A DNA stretch of 63,757 nt, the filler included. It is 6 parts of 6 records of this genome, joined end to end, with 100 filler letters (N's around TTAATTAATTAA, not from the genome) between each part and the next. Parts side by side here need not be neighbours in the genome. Positions count along the whole stretch, not along the records: positions 51,432 to 60,336 come from SRR20825010_1504; positions 60,437 to 63,757 come from SRR20825010_1576; 4 more parts are not named here. One strand, written 5' to 3'. How positions within the stretch are numbered: the first letter of the stretch is position 1; each line of letters starts with the position of its first letter. Positions 59,122-63,757 of the stretch are shown one piece after another. The position numbers and the translations under genes were made by a program. A model generated the notes under the pieces. The model was given only the letters and a program-made list of their open reading frames with translations. It did not search any database and had not been told where the DNA came from.

Positions 59122-59733
59122 ATGAACCACCGCAAAGATTTGCTTATCATATTTACACGCAATCCCGAACTGGGCAAGTGCAAAACCAGATTAGCGGCAA
59201 CAGTGGGCCATGAAAGTGCCCTAAACATATATAAATTTTTACTTGATCACACCAAGAATATTACCCAGGGTTTAAATTTCAGGAAATGGGTTTGCTATTC
59301 CGATGATATATGGGAAAATGATATTTGGGATAAATCCGTTTATGAAAAAAAAGTACAATCCGGCAATGACTTGGGAGAGCGCATGTACAATGCCTTTAAA
59401 GAGGGATTTAATGCAGGCTATAAAAGAATAATTATCATTGGAAGTGATATGTACGATTTGAACGAAAATGATTTGTTGGAAGCCTTTCAATTATTGGATC
59501 AGCATGATTATGTAATAGGTCCTGCCATTGATGGCGGCTATTATTTATTGGGGATGAAAGTCTTGAGCCCCAATCTGTTTAAAGATAAAACCTGGGGCAC
59601 TGATACTGTATTGAAGGCTACCTTAGAGGATTTGAAAAATAAAAACTACAGCCTGTTAGCTCCTAAAAACGATATTGACTATTTTGAAGATATCAAGGAT
59701 ATTGAAATCTTCCGAACCTTTTTAAAAAATTGA
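59122..59733 (+). CDS. TIGR04282/DUF2064 glycosyltransferase-like protein
   Basis: IFTRNP.LG.CKTRL, Q.G.DLGERM..AF, IIGSD, GPA.DGGYYL.G, W.T..V, DID..ED. Confidence 0.88.
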   Translation: MNHRKDLLIIFTRNPELGKCKTRLAATVGHESALNIYKFLLDHTKNITQGLNFRKWVCYSDDIWENDIWDKSVYEKKVQSGNDLGERMYNAFKEGFNAGYKRIIIIGSDMYDLNENDLLEAFQLLDQHDYVIGPAIDGGYYLLGMKVLSPNLFKDKTWGTDTVLKATLEDLKNKNYSLLAPKNDIDYFEDIKDIEIFRTFLKN

Positions 59734-59739
59734 AATTAT

Positions 59740-60336
59740 ATGACGGGTAAACTACTTAAGGAATCTACTGATTATCTAATAGGAAAAGGCTTTGAAGCTC
59801 CTGAAATTGGCATTGTACTGGGAACAGGTTTGGGCAAACTGGCAGATGAAATTGAAAATCCTATAGAAGCACATTACAACCATATTCCCTATTTTCCCTT
59901 GGCTACCGTAGAATTCCATTCCGGTAAATTAATCTATGGAATCTTGGAGGGCAAAAAAGTTGTAGTAATGCAGGGAAGGTTCCACTTTTACGAAGGATAT
60001 GACCTTTTGGACGTTACCTACCCTATTAGGGTAATGGAAATGCTGGGAATAAAAAAACTATTTATATCCAATGCTGCCGGGGCCATAAACCAAGATTTTA
60101 AGAAAGGTGACCTTATGCTCATCGAAGATCACATTAACCTTCAAGGTGGATCTCCCTTAGCATTTAAAAACGTGAGCCAATTTGGAGATCGTTTTACCGA
60201 TATGAGCGAACCATATGACCTTCCTATGCGCAAAAGTTTGGAAAAAATAGCCGAAAAGGAAAACATAAGCCTGCAGAAGGGGGTTTACGCTTCTGTTGTT
60301 GGACCTCAACTGGAAACCAAGGCAGAATACCGAATG
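59740..60336 (+). CDS. Purine-nucleoside phosphorylase (PNP I type), 3' truncated
   Basis: IVLGTGLG, IP.FP..TV.FH.G.L, QGRFHFYEG, SNAAG, DHIN, GPQLET.AEY. Confidence 0.92.
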
Positions 60337-60436
60337 NNNNNNNNNNNNNNNNNNNNNNNNNNNNNNNNNNNNNNNNNNNNTTAATTAATTAANNNNNNNN
60401 NNNNNNNNNNNNNNNNNNNNNNNNNNNNNNNNNNNN
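60337..60436. other. Artificial contig spacer
   Basis: N block with TTAATTAATTAA. Confidence 0.98.
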
Positions 60437-60817
60437 CAACAGGTGGTGCCGCACCGGGCAGAGCCGCTGGCCAAGGCCATCGGCGAAACGCAGGCGGATA
60501 TCGTGTTGATCCTGACCGGCTCTGCCACCTCTGATCTGTTTGATGTCGCGCCCGAAGCCGTGCGGCAGGCGGGTGGCAGCGTGACCCATTTCGGGATGCC
60601 GGTCGATCCGGGCAACCTGTTGTTTTTCGGCACGCTTCAGGGCCGTCCCGTGATCGGTCTGCCGGGGTGCGCGCGTGCGCCTGCCTTGAACGGGGCCGAT
60701 TTTGTGCTGGAACGGCTGCTGTGCGGCGTGCCGGTCACGTCGCAGGACATCGCGGGTATGGGCGTGGGCGGCCTGCTCAAGGAAATTCCGGCGCGCGGAC
60801 GCCTTCGCGAGGCATAG
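60437..60817 (+). CDS. Molybdopterin-binding (MoeA/MogA-like) protein, 5' truncated
   Basis: GSATSD..DV.P, FGMPVDPGNLL, IGLPGCAR.P.LNG.D.VL.R, GMGVGGLLKEI..R. Confidence 0.85.
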   Translation, partial: QQVVPHRAEPLAKAIGETQADIVLILTGSATSDLFDVAPEAVRQAGGSVTHFGMPVDPGNLLFFGTLQGRPVIGLPGCARAPALNGADFVLERLLCGVPVTSQDIAGMGVGGLLKEIPARGRLREA

Positions 60818-60823
60818 ACCGGA

Positions 60824-61423
60824 TCAGGCGGGCGCGTCGGCGATCAGGTCGATCAGGGCAGAGCGGCCGCTGTGGCCTGCGCCCTCGTCCAGATCCTTTT
60901 CGTAGCTGTCGAGCCGCAGAATGGTCAGATCCGGGAACGCATCACGCAACAGCGTTTCGGTATACATAAAATCCGGGTTGCCCGGACCGCCGGTGCCATA
61001 GTCCACCTGCTTTGGCGTATAGCCGTGCAACATCAGCCGTCCGCCGGGGGCCACGGCACGGAGTAGGCCGTCAAAGACGGTTGCGCGCTCTGCCGGGTTG
61101 AGAAACTGAATAAAGACAGCAACGACGAGGTCATAGGGGGCCGCGTCCCACGGCCAATCCTTGATGGTCGAGACCTTGAAATCTGGTGCGACGTCCGCGT
61201 CCCTGGCCAGTTTTGCGGCCTTGGCGATGGCATTGGGCGACAGATCAAAGGCCGTCACATCGCAGCCTTGCTGCGCCAGCCAGACGCTGTTGCGTCCTTC
61301 GCCGTCTGCGACACACAGCGTGCGCGCGCAATGTGGAATCAGGCCGGCATGGGCGGTCAGAAAACCTGAAGGTGCGGTGCCAAAGACATAGGTGTCTGTC
61401 GCGTAACGCTGATCCCAAGTCAT
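60824..61423 (-). CDS. Class I SAM-dependent methyltransferase
   Basis: WDQRY...Y.FGT.P, LCVADGEGRNSVWLA..G..VTAFD.S, Q....TGGP, EG.GH.G.SA; ATG at 61423. Confidence 0.88.
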   Translation of the reverse strand: MTWDQRYATDTYVFGTAPSGFLTAHAGLIPHCARTLCVADGEGRNSVWLAQQGCDVTAFDLSPNAIAKAAKLARDADVAPDFKVSTIKDWPWDAAPYDLVVAVFIQFLNPAERATVFDGLLRAVAPGGRLMLHGYTPKQVDYGTGGPGNPDFMYTETLLRDAFPDLTILRLDSYEKDLDEGAGHSGRSALIDLIADAPA

Positions 61424-61450
61424 CGAAGGGGGCCATCCCAAGCTGTTCGG

Positions 61451-61482
61451 AAAAGAAAAAGCCCGCCTGAACCGGCGGGCTT
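61451..61482 (-). terminator. Intrinsic terminator after infC
   Basis: AAGCCCGCC-loop-GGCGGGCTT followed by a U-tract on the minus strand. Confidence 0.8.
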
Positions 61483-61514
61483 GGACTGAATCACTGCAAG
61501 GATCGCAGACAAGG

Positions 61515-62060
61515 TCACTTGGCCGAGGGGCCAATCATCATGACCATCTGGCGACCTTCCATTCTTGGCATGTTCTCGACCTTGCCAATTTCCTTGACGT
61601 CCTCGGCGACGCGTTCCAGCAACTCACGGCCCAGATTCTGGTGAGCCATCTCGCGGCCACGGAACCGCAGGGTGATCTTCACCTTGTCGCCATTCTCGAG
61701 AAATTTGAAGACGTTGCGCATCTTGACCCCGTAGTCATGGATATCCGTATTGGGACGGAATTTCACTTCCTTGACTTCGATGATCTTCTGTTTCTTGCGC
61801 GCTTCGGCCTCGCGTTTCTGGGTTTCATACTTGAACTTGCCGAAGTCCATGATCTTGCAGACCGGCGGCGCGGCGTTTGGAGAAATCTCCACAAGATCGA
61901 GTCCGGCCTGTTCGGCCATCTCCATCGCGCGTGCGGGTGTGACAACGCCGACGTTTTCGCCTTCGGCGCCGATCAGACGGATTTCAGGGGCCCGAATGCG
62001 ATCATTGACGCGGGGGCCTGTGTCGCGCGTTGGCGGCGCGTTGTGCGGTCTGCGGGCTAT
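61515..62060 (-). CDS. infC: Translation initiation factor IF-3 with non-canonical AUA start
   Basis: [37 protein letters not shown]. Frame extends 45 codons upstream of the called ATG to an ATA at 62060, 7 nt after a GGAG RBS, adding [16 protein letters not shown]. Confidence 0.95.
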   Translation of the reverse strand: MARRPHNAPPTRDTGPRVNDRIRAPEIRLIGAEGENVGVVTPARAMEMAEQAGLDLVEISPNAAPPVCKIMDFGKFKYETQKREAEARKKQKIIEVKEVKFRPNTDIHDYGVKMRNVFKFLENGDKVKITLRFRGREMAHQNLGRELLERVAEDVKEIGKVENMPRMEGRQMVMMIGPSAK

Positions 62061-62251
62061 TGGAATGCTCCATTTGCGGTTTTTTCAAGTCGGCAAGGTA
62101 AACTTGCCTTCATTGGCTTTCAAGCGGCAAATCTGTGCTTGTGCGTGCTCATTCAAGTGTTTCCCCCTTGCGATCACCGTTTGGCGGGCGCAAACCGACT
62201 GCAGGAGGCCCCGCGCACGTTCGCATGGGGCGAAATGCGATGGAGGTTCCC

Positions 62252-63181
62252 ATGCGAAACCTGATCCTCGTGATCGTGGCGGCCGCGGCCGCAGTGGGCG
62301 GTTATTTGTGGTATACGGGCCAAACGCCCGAAGAGGCGGCCCCGGTCGCAAGCGAAACCGTGGACAAGGCCAAGGACGCGGTCAAGGACGCTGCTGAAAC
62401 CACGACCGATGTGGCCAAGGACGCGGTCGATGCCACGGTCGATGCGGCCAAAGACGCCGGTGAAATCGCAGTGGACGCCGCCAAAGACGCAGTCGACGCT
62501 ACGGTTGATGCGGCCAAGGACGCCGCAGACGCAACTGTCGACGCGGCAGAAACCGCGCTGGCGGATGCTGCCAAGGATGTGGCCGAGGGGCAGGCCAAGC
62601 TGGGCGATGCGCTGTCTGACGTTGTCGATGCCACGGTGGATACGGCCAAGGATGCGGTCGATGCGACTGTGGACACCGCCAAGGATGCCATGGATGGCAC
62701 CGTGGATGCCGCAAAAGACGCGACGGACGCGGTGGACACCGCATTGACCGCGGATCCGGCTGCCGATGTTGCCGATGCGGTAGACCCGGTGGTTGAACCC
62801 GTCGAAACCGCAGAGCCGGTTCTGGAGCCCGCCGAGGTGGCGGACCCCGTGGTCGAGCCTGTTGAGACAGCTGAACCTGCGGCGGACCCTGTTGAGGCTG
62901 TGGAGCCTGCGGCAGAGCCTGTCGAGACAGCCGAGCCTGCGGCAGAGCCGGTGGAAACGGCTGAGCCCGCCGCTGCGCCTGCGGATGCCGCCGAGCCGAA
63001 GATCGAAGAACTGTTGACGGTTGAAGGCTTCGACTACGACAAGGTCGCCGAGTACATCGACGATTCCGAATTGAACACGATTGCCAAGACCGGCGCCAAG
63101 GCGTTGCTGGAGCAGGCCAAGAACAACCCGGACGCATTGCAGGGTATTCTGGACAGCCTGAAAGAGACACTGGGCCTCTAA
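62252..63181 (+). CDS. Membrane-anchored acidic repeat protein of unknown function
   Basis: GGAGG RBS; N-terminal TM (LILVIVAAAAAVGGYLWY), 11-aa and 10-aa tandem repeats, C-terminal LLTVEGFDYDKV domain. Confidence 0.8.
   Translation: MRNLILVIVAAAAAVGGYLWYTGQTPEEAAPVASETVDKAKDAVKDAAETTTDVAKDAVDATVDAAKDAGEIAVDAAKDAVDATVDAAKDAADATVDAAETALADAAKDVAEGQAKLGDALSDVVDATVDTAKDAVDATVDTAKDAMDGTVDAAKDATDAVDTALTADPAADVADAVDPVVEPVETAEPVLEPAEVADPVVEPVETAEPAADPVEAVEPAAEPVETAEPAAEPVETAEPAAAPADAAEPKIEELLTVEGFDYDKVAEYIDDSELNTIAKTGAKALLEQAKNNPDALQGILDSLKETLGL
62360..62740 (+). repeat. Degenerate 33-bp coding tandem repeats (VDAAKDAVDAT)
   Basis: Recurrent GCCAAGGAYGC...GTCGATGC units with an 11-codon period. Confidence 0.8.
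62783..62998 (+). repeat. Degenerate 30-bp coding tandem repeats (EPVETAEPAA)
   Basis: GAGCCTGCGGCAGAGCC...GAGACAG units. Confidence 0.8.
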
Positions 63182-63205
63182 GCCCCGATCTTCTGACCGA
63201 AAAAG

Positions 63206-63236
63206 AAAGCCCCCGCCGATCCGGCGGGGGCTTTTT
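63206..63236. terminator. Bidirectional intrinsic terminator
   Basis: AAAGCCCCCGCCG-ATC-CGGCGGGGGCTTTTT between convergent genes. Confidence 0.88.
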
Positions 63237-63273
63237 CATGCCGCATCGACAGCGCGCATATGGATGGGGTCGC

Positions 63274-63757
63274 TCAGTCGAGGAAGGCTTTTTCGACGAC
63301 ATAATGCTGGGGATCGGAATTGGCCCCTTCGACAAGGCCATAGCCTTCGAGCATCTCTTTCAATTCCAGATTGAAGGCGAGGTTGCCGCAGATCATGGCG
63401 CGATCCGTTTCGGGTGTCAGGACCGGCACGCCCAGATCCGAGAATGCCTCACCAGAGCGCATCAGGTCGGTGATGCGGCCCATCTTGGGGCTCTCTTCGC
63501 GGGTGGTGGTCGGGTAATATTTGATCTTGTTCCAGAACCCGTCACCGATCACCTCAGACAGCAGTTCATCGGTCTTCAGAGATTCGATGATGTCACGGCC
63601 ATAGGTCAGCTCGCCGACCTCGCGGCAGGTGTGGGTGATGATGATCTCATCGTAATCCTCATAGGTCTGCGGTTCGCGCAGCAGCGAGGAGAAGGGGGCA
63701 AAACCGGTGCCGGTGGCGAACAGCCACAGCCGTTTGCCGGGCAGCAGCGCGTCATGC
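63274..63757 (-). CDS. fpr: Ferredoxin--NADP+ reductase, 5' end runs off window
   Basis: Manual translation: LLPGKRLWLFATGTGFAPFSSLLREP...YYPTTTRE...GRIT...AMICG...YVVEKAFLD. Confidence 0.92.
   Translation of the reverse strand, partial: HDALLPGKRLWLFATGTGFAPFSSLLREPQTYEDYDEIIITHTCREVGELTYGRDIIESLKTDELLSEVIGDGFWNKIKYYPTTTREESPKMGRITDLMRSGEAFSDLGVPVLTPETDRAMICGNLAFNLELKEMLEGYGLVEGANSDPQHYVVEKAFLD

Noticed and set aside
62360-62998. Possible CRISPR array
   Set aside because: The repeats are degenerate, codon-phased and inside an ORF, with no unique spacers and no cas genes.

Overview
The window is a concatenation of six unrelated contigs, joined by five 100-nt N spacers that each carry a TTAATTAATTAA stop linker. 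Gene adjacency across spacers therefore means nothing. Contigs 1 (1-13711), 3 (22043-36614) and 5 (51432-60336) are AT-rich and Flavobacteriaceae-like: T9SS cargo, TAnnTTTG promoter elements, housekeeping genes, an ArnT/GT2/LAB_N envelope-modification cluster and an ECF sigma locus. Contigs 2 (13812-21942) and 4 (36715-51331) are GC-rich alphaproteobacterial: fliF-fliG-fliH-fliN-flbD-flhA-flhF-flhG, and cnoX-LON_N-Trm112-DUF971, a UbiH-like hydroxylase, amidase, quinohemoprotein ADH, amtB-glnK-amt, an aminotransferase and ftsK. Contig 6 (60437-63757) is Rhodobacteraceae-like (infC with an AUA start, a repeat protein, fpr). The standout observation is in leuS. A DUF559 (Vsr-like) endonuclease domain is inserted in frame at the start of the CP1 editing domain. 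It is bracketed by a perfect 30-bp GC-rich inverted repeat whose copies are themselves hairpins and are stop-free in all six frames. This looks like a REP-bounded nuclease element parasitising an essential gene without intein motifs. Secondary observations include three nitrogen-gene sigma54-type promoters that all carry A instead of C at -12, and a shared ECF promoter linking an ECF sigma operon to an ABC transporter. All calls are by-eye motif recognition; no database searches were run.
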